A stretch of DNA of 50,432 nucleotides from the NCBI RefSeq assembly GCF_018977255.1, contig NW_024705375.1, forward strand, positions 1 through 50,432, written 5' to 3'. Each line of letters opens with the position of its first letter. The stretch's first letter is position 1. Shown here piece by piece: positions 37,301 to 49,574 of the stretch. Made by a program: the position numbers and the translations under genes. The notes under the pieces are model-generated. The model was not told the DNA's origin, ran no database searches, and saw only the letters and a program-made list of their open reading frames with translations. Origin of the DNA: Callorhinchus milii. Its lineage: Eukaryota.

Positions 37301-40056
37301 CTGGCTCTAGATAGGACCTATTTTGTAAACAGATACGTTGCACGGATCCCCATGACACTCCATGAGTACCAACAAAAGGATATTAGACGACCCCTAACGA
37401 CACTATACATCGGACCGCAACCTCGAATATGGGCTCCTTTCACCGTGGAGCTACGCTGGAGCGGGACAGCGATGCGGAGGGGACCGTTTGACAGGAACAA
37501 GCGCCCTTTCCAGGAATGGTTCCTGAGCGACCTACCGTTGGTGTCCTATAGGCCACGGTAAGCTAGCAGGAAGCAGTTTGCACACCTGGACTGGGCGCTT
37601 GATTCATTACTCAAAACTCAGCGTGCATTGTATGAAGATAGTCGGGCTCATCTATGGACGATTATGAAATCCGTCACGCGCCCGGTGCTCTCATTCCCTA
37701 GATATGGTAAAGCAGGGCAGGTTTTTTCTGGTGAACCATTGATCGGTTGCCTGGCAGACGTATGACCGGCGGTACACTTGATATATTTACAAACGCCTCA
37801 TGTACACGATCATGCTCAGCACGCCAGCATCGTAGTATCCCTGGCTTACCGAGTCGAACTACCCATTCTGATTGGCTTGCATTTCGCGGAATGCTTAGTA
37901 GACAGCCCAATGCTCCGTCTTGTACTCGGGTACGGAATAGACCTCACCGCTATCTAGCATAAGTAGATGCCTATGCACTGTATGATTGTAGCCTGGTCAC
38001 GTGTATGCCCTGCCTGTGTACGCGACTGTGCAGGATACCGCCTCGTAGGGGAAGACATGCCGTAACCTGTGTAATGCTGCTTACTACTAGACCATTATCC
38101 TCTCCGGTTCAACAGCCAGGGCCACGTCCTGTGTTAGCCTCATTATGCAAGATCTCTATTCAATAGAAAGATACCCGTAACGCTCAATTACAAAGTAGCA
38201 CCCGGATGAATTATGTAGGTGTTTATATCCTTATTTCCGCTGGTGCTCCTTCCAAGAAAGTCTTCATGAACTAAGTTGATGGTTAAGCATCTTGCTTGAT
38301 TCTACCGCGTTGACTCGTTCTCTGATTATCATAAAAACTGTGCCTTACAACACATAACGAACAGGGGTAATTAAAAGCTGCCATCAGAACTTGCCGCTGC
38401 GCACAGAAACGCTAAGGTCGAATAGTGCTACGCCGCGCGTATGGCTCACTGAAAGACGCATCGAATACCACCTCGATTTATTGGCTCCGACCCGTACGGG
38501 CGGACGTTATCCCAAGGCGATCTTCGAATTCGACAAGCATCAACCGTCCCGGCCCAAAGTAATGTCCTCTGATTCTGCGTTGCCAGCCCCCGCGGCTTCG
38601 TGACGCACTAACCTGGCATCACCGTGGTACAAGCTGCAATGAAGGACGGACCGGTTGAATGAGACCACTTTCTACCTTGACAGTTCAGATAAGGACCACG
38701 ACTGGGTTTTGGGGATTAGAAAGCTGTTCCACCTATTTCGAATGGATATCTGACTTCTAGGTCTTAGGTACATGCACAGTACAACGTCATTGTCGATGGG
38801 AACCATGGATGAAGTAAAGTAGATTCCGGGACATCTATTAGACTGTGTTCGCATCAACAAAGCACTTCACACCACCCCACAAGCTCGAGCGTCGGCATAT
38901 CGCCAACCGTACCAAAATCCCCTCGAATATATGGTAACGTATAAACCTTCCTCCCACCGTCTACGGCCAGTATGGATAGCAGGAGTTACCCCCGGTCAGA
39001 ATCAAAATAAAAGGCGAGACGTCACCTATCACTCTGTCTGTCGGTGGACCCGTAGGGAAGGCACGCTCTACGAAAATTACTAATGATATCTTGTGCTGTT
39101 GGAAGGCGCCCCGGGCTAGTATAGTCTTTAAATCGGATTAATATGATCAGTTCATGACAACGAGTCTAGGACTTCTTCTCGTGACTACGTAAATTGACTT
39201 ATTGCCGAATCGGGTTAGCGAGTTGCTTCATCAGGTCCCTAGTCCATGTGTCAGGGCGGCGCTGGGGTCCTGTATTGCTGTCTGTTCGCATAGTATTTTA
39301 ACCTGAATGGGAGGTCGAAGATTGAGGAATGTACATTTGGAAACTGTGTTAACGATACTACAAGACCGCTGCCGAGCTCGCAATCATTAGACGGTGCTTC
39401 TTCCTGTAACGATCGCGCCAGACTCTTCCACGCCGCGTAAACCAAGGGTACAGTCAAATCTAAACTCTATATGGGTGAGCGCTCCACGGACTTGTGTATT
39501 GAGTAGGAAAGGATTAACTTAGCCGTCTTTCCCTCTCGTCACATGCTGAGTTAAGTTGCGTAGGCTTACCCCGGCAGCATATCGACAGATCTTAACATGA
39601 GCAATATGATCTATCGCCGCATACTGGACAGGGGGGAATTGGACTTGGGTCTTGCGATAGAGCGATGAAACCCCGGACTCGAGTGAAGCGGGCGCCTACG
39701 TATCGGTATCCTAACGGAACGGGTTCTGAGTTAAATGTGCACCGCTATTAAATGTTCGCGGGTAAACCACGTTGAAGGGTTTTAACTCACGGTTTGGTTG
39801 TGAATATGGGTCTTTCCACGAGAGAGATCCGGCTTGGGTCGGATCTTCCGGAACAGGATAACTGAAGGGAAGTTAGTTACTTTGGTGGGCATACTGTTCG
39901 AGGGTTCCACTACAGATTGAGCGGCTAGAGCGAGAACGAGTACGTGTATAGTTCTCCTCTGTGAGGCGGACCTGCTCGTCCCGGACTAATAAGAGGTTAG
40001 TAAAATTGATTCCACCCATAATTGACTTACAAAACTGATCGGGGCTTGGATATTTG
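16316..40056. other. Featureless, random-like block (possibly shuffled or synthetic)
   Basis: By eye: even base usage, abundant CpG and TA, no microsatellites or long homopolymers, longest ORF 192 aa with no motif, abrupt boundaries. Confidence 0.75.
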
Positions 40057-40112
40057 GACTTTACCGAAAGAACCAAGAAGATGAATCCCTGCAGTCACGA
40101 AAGCTTTAAATC
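40057..40112 (+). repeat. Truncated third copy of the hammerhead-associated dispersed repeat
   Basis: GACTTTACCGAAAGAACCAAGAAG...CTGCAGTCACGAAAGCTTTAAATC is the reverse-complement homologue of ~41907-41959 and 49454-49478. Confidence 0.8.
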
Positions 40113-40114
40113 GA

Positions 40115-40199
40115 AAAATATTTGGACAAGTTCGGCGGGCTGGATTAAAAAGCCCAACGGGCCGTATACGCCCCGCGGGCCGTACTTTGCCCATGTCTG
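40115..40199 (-). mobile_element. Terminal fragment of a hAT/Charlie-like DNA transposon
   Basis: Minus strand CAGACATGGGCAAAGTACGGCCCGCGGGGCGTATACGGCCCG resembles the Charlie/MER58-type end with GGCCCG subterminal repeats (from recall); no partner end seen. Confidence 0.6.
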
Positions 40200-40565
40200 G
40201 TATAACCCTAGCTGTGGAAGCTGGCAGCTTGATGAACGACAGCCCCGTCACAGTGATGATGCAATCATAGGCCGTTAATGACAGTGCAGCAGCAGTGCCA
40301 ACAGCGCTAAACTCTGACAAAGTGTAAATACGCTTTCCTCGTGGATGTGGACAGCACAGCACTCTCTCCCTGTCAGGTGACAGCTGGACATATATCTTCA
40401 CCGTGATGATAGTCCACGAACTTGTAGTTATAAAGTTACTCTTAAGCTCGTGTTGATTATGTCTTGTAGCGTGATTGGCACAGTTCAGTGTAGTAGGTGT
40501 CCTCTCTTTGTTAACCTTCTTCCATCGTACTTGTCTCCACTTATTCACAAAATACTCTTTACACA

Positions 40566-41062
40566 TGTAGTGACGCAGATCGGAGACAGTAATAACTGGA
40601 GGCACTTATTTTATTTAACAAGCACCATTGGGATAATACACACCCTACGTGGGTGCCCACTATTATAATTAAGACCATCTATTGTCGGCGGCACAACTTA
40701 GTTAGAACAGTTGGTAAGGCTGTCAGCGCCCTGGGATGGTGAAGACGGAGACGATGACGAGGAGATGGTAACAACGACGAGATGGTGACAACGATGATCT
40801 TGAACAGCACGACGGGGATTCCACTTCCAGAAACAGCCCCGAGCTCCCGCTCAGGGCCCCCTCTTGTACTCCCAGCATGGTCTTGCTCTGCCTCGGCCAC
40901 GCCCCCTTTCTGGAACCTACTAGCGGGTTCCCGGGGCTCCCGATGGGCCCCTTCTGTGACCTTTCCCCTAGATGTCCCCCTCGTATATATCGTGGCCTGC
41001 TGACGCGAGTACTGCCGTACACCGCAGTTTCGCTAGCAGCCAGTGCTAGACCAATAATGACA
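40566..41062 (-). mobile_element. Solitary LTR related to 14557-15036
   Basis: Ends in CACTACA on the minus strand with AATAAA upstream; 40870-40980 aligns by eye with the reverse complement of 14660-14760; right edge approximate. Confidence 0.65.
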
Positions 41063-41389
41063 TATCTTCAAATCTCATTTCAACAGCTCGATTGTTCTAT
41101 TACTGCAGCTTCTTAACTCCTGAATGTCATCTATAGCTAATTGCTATTAACTTATTACAGCTGTGTAACAGCTTCTCCTCTTCTGATTCTCCACTGCCTT
41201 CCACTGCAGGTGCAGTGATGGCTCTCTGTCCTGACGGCGTACAACCGTCTCTCATGATGGGGGGTGGGGTGCTTTTTAATGGCACGAGCTATGGCGCTCG
41301 GCCGACATGAATCACACAGCTCCGTAGCCACTGCTGGTCTGCCCAAAGTTCAGTGGTGGCATGCGTGGATATACTAAAATGTATCTGAT

Positions 41390-41904
41390 CAACTTCAGGT
41401 TGTTAACCAGGATAACGTCATCTGGTTTCGGAAATATAACACAAGGTGCGCCACAGGGTTCGGTATTGGGACCCATTATATTCTTTCTATATATAATTAG
41501 ATTCGGTAATGGTTTAAAAATGTATGTAACAAATGTTTTGTAGGTGATATCATTTTGTTATCTAAGGTTGTTCATATCATGATTGGCAAATTCATTTGAT
41601 GTTATTCAGATTTAACTATTTACTATTTACTTTTACAATCGTAAAACTAAATTAAGTATTATTTCTCTGAAGCAAATTGTGATGCTTCTTTTCCAATCTC
41701 GATTTTTACATTTAATGCTCAAATTATTGAACCGATTGCTCATTAGAAATACATTTGGTTTATTATTAATGTCTCCTTATCTGTTCGTAGGCATGTTGAT
41801 CAGGTAATTAAAACATTGAAATGTAAGGCTTCTTATACAGAAACAAGCATTGTATTCCAATTTAAATTCGTAGGCAGATTATTGAAGCTACAGTCATTTT
41901 AACT
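41390..41904 (+). mobile_element. Degenerate non-LTR retrotransposon (L2/CR1-group) RT fragment
   Basis: ITQGAPQGSVLGPIIFFLYI motif, followed by decayed KY.GF.I...LS...H and YRNKHC...IIEAT segments. Confidence 0.75.
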
Positions 41905-41990
41905 TGATTTGAAGCATTCGTGACTGCAGGAATTACTCTTTGGTTCTTTCGGTAAAGTCACGTAGAAAGAAAATAAATTACATAATATAA

Positions 41991-42031
41991 TATGACGTTT
42001 CGATTGCAACACAAGCAACCGTCATCAGATA
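41991..42031 (-). ncRNA. Minimal type I hammerhead ribozyme motif (Penelope-like)
   Basis: Minus strand UAU-CUGAUGA-C-GGUUGC-UUGUGUU-GCAAUC-GAAAC-GUC-AUA: intact core, 6-bp stem II, 3-bp stem I, palindromic ACGU stem III. Confidence 0.75.
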
Positions 42032-42042
42032 GAACTAAATTT

Positions 42043-42210
42043 GAGAGAGAGACAAAACACAGATACGGAGACACACAGACAGACACACAAGCAGAGAGAG
42101 ACAACACAGAGACACACAGAGAGAGACACACACTATAGACAGACAGAGACCCAATGCCTCTGTGTCGTGGCCTTAAATAGAGAGAGAGGGGGGGGGCAGA
42201 GAGAGAGGTG
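42043..42210. repeat. GA/CA-rich low-complexity microsatellite tract
   Basis: GAGAGACA/CACAGA iterations. Confidence 0.85.
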
Positions 42211-42773
42211 GGTCTGCTGGAGCAGAGAAATTAGCATGTCAATGAGAGAGCTGTGTGGAAATCTACCCCGCGGTGGCAGGGGGAGAGAAAGACCCAGCAA
42301 GTCTGGTAAATTTTAGAGAGAGTTGCGTGGAAATCTACCCTGAAGCGGCTAGGGGAGAGAAAGAGCAAATGGACCTATGAGAGCCTGGTAAATTTTTAAA
42401 GAGAGAAATAGGCAGTTTGAGAAAACAATCTGAGCAATTTTTTGGAAATGTAATGCAATGCAACGCAGAGAGTCGGCTAACACACAGTTAACGCATATCC
42501 TGGTTGATTACGTTCTCCAAAGATTGCTAAATTAGAAGTTAAGTGTGAAATTTGACAGACAGAGACACAAAGAGAGAGAGAAAACAAACTTACATCCTCC
42601 CCTAGAGGTGGTTAAAACTTAATTTGAAGCTTGAACTCTCTCAGGGCGCCGTCCGGACACGCGACACTTCACTGCTGGTGGGAACGGAGCTTCGGGCGGT
42701 GCACGGTCATCTCGCGGAGCTCCTCCAAGTCACGGTGTCCATCCTTGCGGAGCCCTAACTAGCAGACTCGGCG

Positions 42774-43666
42774 GTGGTGGAGGGATCAGCGGAGCCGCTC
42801 AAGGACGACGACTCCGCCACCATTTCGCGCCAGGCGGAAACCTCTGTGGCGCAGCCCACGCTCACTGCTGCCATTTTCTCGCCGGCGCGGAGCGTGCAGC
42901 CTGCCAAATCCGATGCTGCGTCGACATCGCCGGTGGACATCCTGTCTCTCCAGCGTCGGCTTCCTTCGTTAAATAATTTGCAGTCGCCGGTGGTGACTGG
43001 GTGGCCTTCAAGCAGCGGTTCCTCACGAACGCCGACTTGGCTGGGTGGATGGAGGCGGAGGCGCTGAGAGCACTGCCCGCCGCCCTTGACGACACCCTAG
43101 TGGCATTTTTATCATCCCGCCATCAGAGAGGTCCACTCTAACTCAGGCTTTCGACCAGATGACAGCAATTTACGAGCCTCCATCGAATGTGTGCCACAAG
43201 TTTGCTACACGATGAAAAGGGGAAGCCGAGACGCCCCTCGCCTTCCATAGTGCACTTTTGGCACTGGCGAAGGCTGCCTTCCCGAGAATGGACCACGATG
43301 GAATTGACGCGTTGGACCTCGAAAGACTGCTGTCCTTGGCCAAGGACCTCAACACCGTTCTGCCAGCCGTAGACGACGATGATCTCTCGTCTCTCAAGGT
43401 TACTAAATGCATTCAGGCCCCGCAGCTTTTACAACGACACAAGGGGTTGGTGGCGTGTACTGTGCGGAGCCGTTGCACCTGAAGAAGCAGAGCCTGTCCC
43501 AGCCTGCGCATCGACCCAGGGTGAAGGCGGGCGAGGGGACGGTGTGGTGCGATGGACGGACGAACAGCGATGGCCAAAGGCATCGCCACATCCCGGAGGC
43601 GGTCACGTCGTCTGCTACAGCTGCGGCCTGCCAGGGCACATCTTGTCAGGCTGCCATGTACCATGA
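42774..43666 (+). pseudogene. gag: gag remnant of copy D
   Basis: GGDWVAFKQRF...AEALRALPAALDD, YEPP, LERLLSLAKDL and CYSCGLPGHILSGC in shifting frames. Confidence 0.82.
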
Positions 43667-43889
43667 CGACGCCTCTCTAGAACATTGCCATCATTCGCTT
43701 CCTGCACCTTCAGGCGAGTCGTGACGCGCTCTACACTCATCCCCTGATTCCACCTCACCCATCTGGGAGGTTCTGATCGCGTTCTAGTTGAGCGTCGGTA
43801 CGGGGGGTCCCTGAGTGTGATCGTGACGTTCAACCGCTCCGACCTGTCAGTGGTCGGAGCTGGCCCATCGAGTGGTGCCGCGACCACGG

Positions 43890-46800
43890 TTCATCCGCCG
43901 TGGTTGGGTTTATAGAAGGGGTGTAAATTAGGAGGCTCATTAACACAGTGCATTGCGACCATCATTTCTGACTTGATTTATGGTATTTTGTCCCCTAAAT
44001 GTCGGGTCTTAGGCCCTGTCGAAGTGCCGTGCTTTGCCGCTAACGGCAGCTTGTTGGGTATTTTTGGGCGAACAGCCGAGGTGTAAATCGCTGATGTTAA
44101 ATTGATGGGACATGTTCTTGTTTCCACGTTCCTTGCCATTCCTTGTTTGCTCGGGACCGATTTCCTGGGAGAATGCCCCTGAAAATTCAGATTGACCAGG
44201 GATGCCTGGAATTACTATCAGCCCGTCGAATGTCATTTTTGCCTTCACCCACCCGCTTATGCACGGCCAATGCTACCGTGCAAGCACTTGCGCATCGGAC
44301 GGTAAAAATTCCCCCGGTGCGCAAATGTTGGTTCCCCTCCGATTGCGGAAGCTGCTTGATTTTGGAGCGATGGCAGGAGGAATCCTTTTGGGGCCTTCTA
44401 ATAAGGCCAGTCGTGGACTGACATTAGTAGCAGTTCAGACGTTGGTATCCAACGATCAAGAACCTTTCATTCAAGTTCTAAATGCAGGTTAGTCACATCG
44501 GTTATCCAGGAGGGTTTTGTGCTAGCTCATGCGTCGCCGGCGCTTCCTGAGGGGAGCGTAGTCAGAAATGTGGGCACCGCATCTCATACACGACCCCCCC
44601 GAAATACGGATGAGGGGTGGATGGATAAGCTTTATGCTGGAGTGTGGATTTGTCCGAGGGCCAGAAGGGAACGCTATGAGCGCTTTTGCGCGATTTTTTT
44701 GATGTTTTTAGCAATAGAAAATGTTATATTGGCCGCACGTCACTCTTGAGTCATCATATTGATATGAGTGATGCCGCTCCTATCCGGCAGAATCCCTACT
44801 GGCTGAGCACTACGGAAAAAGAAACACGTTCGCCTGGCGGTTGACGAAATGTTAGCCGCGGACATTATTTCACCGTCCACCAGCCTGTGGGAGCCCCAAT
44901 TGTACTTGTAAAAAAACACGATGGTAGCTTGCGTTTCTGCGTTTACTTCCATAAGCTTAATAAGGTCTCCGTCGCGGATGCGTATCCCTTACCATGGATG
45001 GATGACTAGCTAAACGCTTTGGCGGGGGCGTGGTTCTTTTCTACCTTTGATCTCGTATCCAGGTTCTGGCAGTTGCCACTTGATGAAGCCTAGAAACCTT
45101 AGACTGCCTTTCGTACACTGCAAGGCTTGTTCGAATTTAATCGGCTTTCCATGGGTCTTCATTCCGTACCAGCCACGTTCCAGCGATTAATGGAACTGGT
45201 CCTAGCTGGTCTCCAGTGGGACTCGTGCTAAATATATCTCGACGATGTTATCGTCTTCAGTCGTATGTTCGATGAATACCTAGAACGTCTACGCGCTGTC
45301 TTTCTCAAAATGCGTGCGGCTAACCTGAAATTTAAGCTACAAAAATGTCACTTTTTCCAGAAATCGGTTCGGTATCTTGGCCACATAGTTATCGAATCGG
45401 GTATTGCGACCGACCCGGATAAAACCGCGTGCGCCTGAACTTGGCTGACCCCCACGTCAGTTTCATAGGATTTGTGTCTTATTATTGCCGCTTTGTTGCC
45501 GGGTTCGTGTCCATCGCTAAACCTCTCCACGCATTGAAGGGAGGAGGAGGCCGCATTTTGTGCCATCCAGGATTACTTGGTAAATGCCCCTCCCTGCGCT
45601 ACCCTGATTTTTCTTTGCCGTTCATTCTTGATATGGACGCTAGTAACACCGGAATTGGAGCTGTTTTGTCCCCGGTTGTCAACGGCATTGAGAGTGTTGT
45701 TGCGTATGGCAGCAGGGTGCTGACTCCGGCTGAACTGCGGTACTGTGTCATGCACCGGGAACTGTTGGCTATCGTAGTTTTTGTGCAACAGTATCGCCCC
45801 TACTTGTACGGTAGACACTTTGAGGTGGGCTCTGACCACGCAGTGCTCCAGTATGCGCTGCGTGTCAAACCAACCGTCAGGCCAACTATCACGCTGACTG
45901 AAGGTCCTCCAGGACTACTCCTTTCAAGTTACTTATCGCAAGGGTTCCCGTCATATCAACGCTGACGCCCTGTCGCTATTGCCAATGGACGAGAGGTGCG
46001 CATACTTTTTGGGCTCTGAATGCTGTAAATCAGCCAATGTGACCTCGCCCCTCACCTTGCGGCATTGGCCAAGGCTGTGGCAGTCGAGGCGGACGGCAGT
46101 TCAGCCGCGCGGGACACTGTCATTGGGTTGGACTACGAGGAATGGGGATGCCTCCAGGCGGAGGACGCTTGCCTGACTAAATTACAACGTCATGTCAGAG
46201 AGACTGATGTAGGCACGGATCGGCGCAGCGTCGCCTCTGTCATCCTTCGAGGCGGCTTACTCATGCATTGGGATGGGGGCTGCACCGTTATAACATTGTC
46301 GTGCCACTGCCTGCGAGGCAGGGTTGTTGTGGGCTGTACACGAGCGTCTCTTGCACCTGGGCGTGCAAAAGACACTGGCCACACTCAAGTTAGATTTCTT
46401 TTGGCCTGTCATGGCTGAGGATGTCGAATATTTTCTCAAAGGTTGTGTGCAGTGTGCGCAGCGGAAGCCACCAGCAAAACCCTGTTGTCCACCGTTACAA
46501 TAAATTAAGGTTTCACGCGTTAACGAACTTGTTTCTCTGGACATCCTTGGTCCGTTTCCCACTACCCCTTGGGGGAATAAGCATTGCTTGAGTGAGTTGA
46601 GTATTTTTCACGCTGGCCCATGGCCTGGCCGCTCCCCAACCAATCGGCAGCGACGATCACTGAGGCATTCCTCAATGGTTACATGATGGACAAGGGTGCT
46701 CCTGAATATCTTTTCACCAATCAGGGCATACATTTTTCTTCTAAATTGTTGCATGAAGTCTGCGATTTATTGTGAATTAAGAAAGCATGCACGTCACCGT

Positions 46801-47340
46801 ACCACCCGGGGACGAATGGCATGTTTGAGGGGCTGCACAGGACTCTGACCTCTATGTTAAGCCATCATGTCAGTCCAACTCGATTGGAACTTACACATTC
46901 CCGCAGTTCTGGCCGCTTATAGGATGGCCCTCACAAATCCACCGGCTACTCACCGTTTTTTTCAATGTATGGAAAGGAACACGATCCCCGATTGATGTTC
47001 AGTTACAAGCCGCACCCAACAGGGCTAAATCTAACATTTCAGACTCTGTGCGCTTCACTCCTCAAAAGCTTTCCGAGGCACGTTACGCTTCCAGGGTAAA
47101 TTCTGAATCGCGCCAATTAGCCAATGAGTGGCTTAAGGGGGTCCGTACTTCTACGCATGAGTGGATACCTGGGACAGAGCCTGGTTGCACTCTCCACAGG
47201 TACCGGTGGGTACGTAGCCTAAATTGTTCAAACCCTGGAGAGGGCCGGTTGATGTGATTCGGGTTGTTCGGCCACAGTGTGTCCAGATCCGCTTGGGACG
47301 GCGGAGTTGGATCGTACATCCCTCTCGCCTAAAGCCATTC
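43890..47340 (+). pseudogene. pol: pol remnant of copy D
   Basis: LLGTDF (~44150), IYLDDVIVF (~45232), LDMDASNTGIGAVL, CVQC, LDILGPF and WIVHPSRLKPF, with many stops and frameshifts. Confidence 0.9.
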
Positions 47341-48086
47341 ATCTCTCCGCGCGAGTTCGTATCATCTTCATACTGCAGGGGCCGAGTGTCAGGTGTGTCC
47401 GACAAGCTGAGGTATGTGCCCGCTGAGGTTGGTCCTCAGTGGAGTGATTCATTCCGTCCTCATGTGCCGCACACCTGACATCCCCCAAGCCGGCTTCGCT
47501 GGCATTGGATGAGGAGGACCTGTAGACCCGGCCTACTGCTCTTCATGAGGAGCCGGGTTCGGTGGAACATTTGCATATTCCCTCTGGACCTCCAGGGTGA
47601 GCAAGCCCACCTCCCCTGGGGGCCTGGCAACACGGACTCGCTCAAAGACTCGGTTTTCGTGATCCCCATGCACACACGCTCCCATTCTGTCAGTTGGTTG
47701 TTGTGCTCGTTGGGTCATGGCGGCTATTGGCTGAACCTAGCCGTTATTGCGCTCGCGGCGTTGTTACACGGTGAAGGTGGGAGGTGTTGGTGAGTAAGGG
47801 GAGTCCGAGTGTTCGCGTGTTTTCTTTTTTTTTCTTTTCCTCTCGCGTGTTATTGTTCGGGCTTATGCCCTCTTTCCCTGTTGGTTATGTACATTTGCTA
47901 ATAGTGTAATTATTGTATATGTGGGTTTGGGTATTTATTATTGGTAATTGTTCTTGTTATTGTTGAGATACACATAGTGTTTTATCCCTTTTACTCGCTC
48001 TTTTATCGCTTTACTCACTTGGTTTGTTTTAAAGGAGGGAGTTGACAGCCGGGACGGCTGTGTACTACGAAGTGGAGGGGGGGGGG

Positions 48087-48851
48087 TGTAGTGACATCGC
48101 GAATGTCACTGTATGGTGCCGACCCTAGAGGGGCACGGCATGCGATGTACTCACATCGCGGACATCACGTATGTAGCAGCGTCATGCATGTCACCGAGTA
48201 ATTCCGGCTCTAGTAAGGCACGGCGTGCGATGCACCGTCATCGCGGACACCCTGTAGGTGGGTGTAGTACTAGCCCTAGTGAGGGCTTGGTGAGCGCTGG
48301 ATAGCGCAGTGCCACCACGCATGGCGTGCAGTGCTGTCTCCTACCGGAAGGAGTGGGAGAGTATCAGCCCAGGGACAGGGTTACCCTGGGCCATGGCACT
48401 CTGGTTGACCCCGAAGGCACGTTACCGGTAAAGTCTCCAGGGGGCCCCAGATGGGGGCTAAGGGGTGGTCACGTGTCCGGGGAAAGTTGTCTCAAGAAGA
48501 GTTGAGAGAGAGCCAGAGCTCTCTCGAAGGTGGGCGGAGCCAAGGGCGGGGCCGGCCACAACCTGGGAGCTTATAAGCCGAGTTCCTGCAGGGACCGGGG
48601 TCGGCGATGCTACCGTCATCTAAAGATCTACTTTCTACATCAAGAATAGTCTCCAACACGTGGTCCGGAACCCGAGCCGGGGTCCGGTCCGTTGTAGCTA
48701 ACTCCCAGTGTGTTAGTGTAGTTAGCCGGGTGGTCCACCACCCTAGGCTATTATCTGGTAAAGGGCTGCTACCCTTTTGTGTATTTCGTGTTGGTGTAAT
48801 AAATGTGTTGCCTCTAAGAAGTACGCCTGCAACTCAGTTGGGCCCACTACA
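48087..48851 (+). repeat. 3' LTR of copy D
   Basis: TGTAGTG...CACTACA directly after a G-run PPT; TATAA near 48572; AATAAA near 48798. Confidence 0.88.
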
Positions 48852-48859
48852 TCTATATT

Positions 48860-49190
48860 TAAAAAAATATGCGACGTGCAGAGTGTCTATTAATGGTTAT
48901 CATATTCCACACACAATTTGGATTAAAAGCAATTAGTGGAGCTGCCCCAAAGTTTTGGAACCACCTAGTTTCGTCTGTTGCCATCTCCATTCTACCATCT
49001 GTCTCATTAAAACTGATTATTAAAATCACTAAATTAAGTGTGAATGTAATTTTACAATATCATTGCTGTGATGAAGTTTTTTTAAATCTGTAATTGTGGA
49101 GTGCTTAAATGTTGTTTGCTGAGTCGCCCTTGAAAATAAGCTTATTAGTTCAATGGTCTTCACTCGGGAAATAAACTTATTATTATAATT
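48860..49190 (+). mobile_element. 3' end of an L2-like LINE
   Basis: FGLKAISGAAPKFWNHL resembles the L2 ORF2 C-terminal motif, followed by a CCTTGAAAAT...TCAATGG...AAATAAA-type tail. Confidence 0.62.
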
Positions 49191-49529
49191 CTGAATTGAC
49201 CAATGTATACTTATTACTTATGGTGCCTCCCTTTTTGGAGGGAGATAGTGTTTGTTTATCTTGGCAAGGCTGCGAGTCATTCATTTCATGGTCAGCAAAA
49301 GGAAGTACTTTCTATCCTTCTCTGTGCCCAAGTCAGCTTTCAATACTGGATTGTGTTGTGACTCGAAGGTAAATTTACTCCGGTCTGTGGCCTCAATTAA
49401 AACTCATACAAGACAGTCATCGACTTACGATCATAATTAGTTCTTGAGGCCCCTCTTCTTGGTTCTTTCGGTAAAGTCACGTAGAAGGAAGTAATAAAAT
49501 AATAAAAATAAAACATAATAAAACAATTC

Positions 49530-49570
49530 TCACGACGTTTCGGCCACAACGCAAGCACCGTCTCAGGTGA
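49530..49570 (-). ncRNA. Second, degenerate hammerhead ribozyme motif
   Basis: Minus strand UCAC-CUGAGA-C-GGUGC-UUGCGUU-GUGGCC-GAAAC-GUC-GUGA: 4-bp stem I, core one nt short of CUGANGA; same downstream flank as the 41991 copy. Confidence 0.58.
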
Positions 49571-49574
49571 AAAC

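Larger units (their letters stand above)
42770..48851 (+). mobile_element. Ty3/Gypsy copy D: 5'-truncated and heavily degenerate
   Basis: Decayed gag, CCHC, PR, RT, RH, IN, PPT (~48074-48086) and 3' LTR; no 5' LTR or PBS found; left edge approximate. Confidence 0.9.

Noticed and set aside
16316..40056. Dozens of 60-192 aa ORFs in the central block (e.g. 19467-20045, 18691-19164)
   Set aside because: No recognisable motifs and no operon- or exon-like organisation; lengths look like chance ORFs in random sequence
40027..40605. 192-aa minus-strand ORF at the right edge of the central block
   Set aside because: It spans an LTR end, unique DNA, a hAT terminus, a repeat fragment and the random block, so it is a chance fusion
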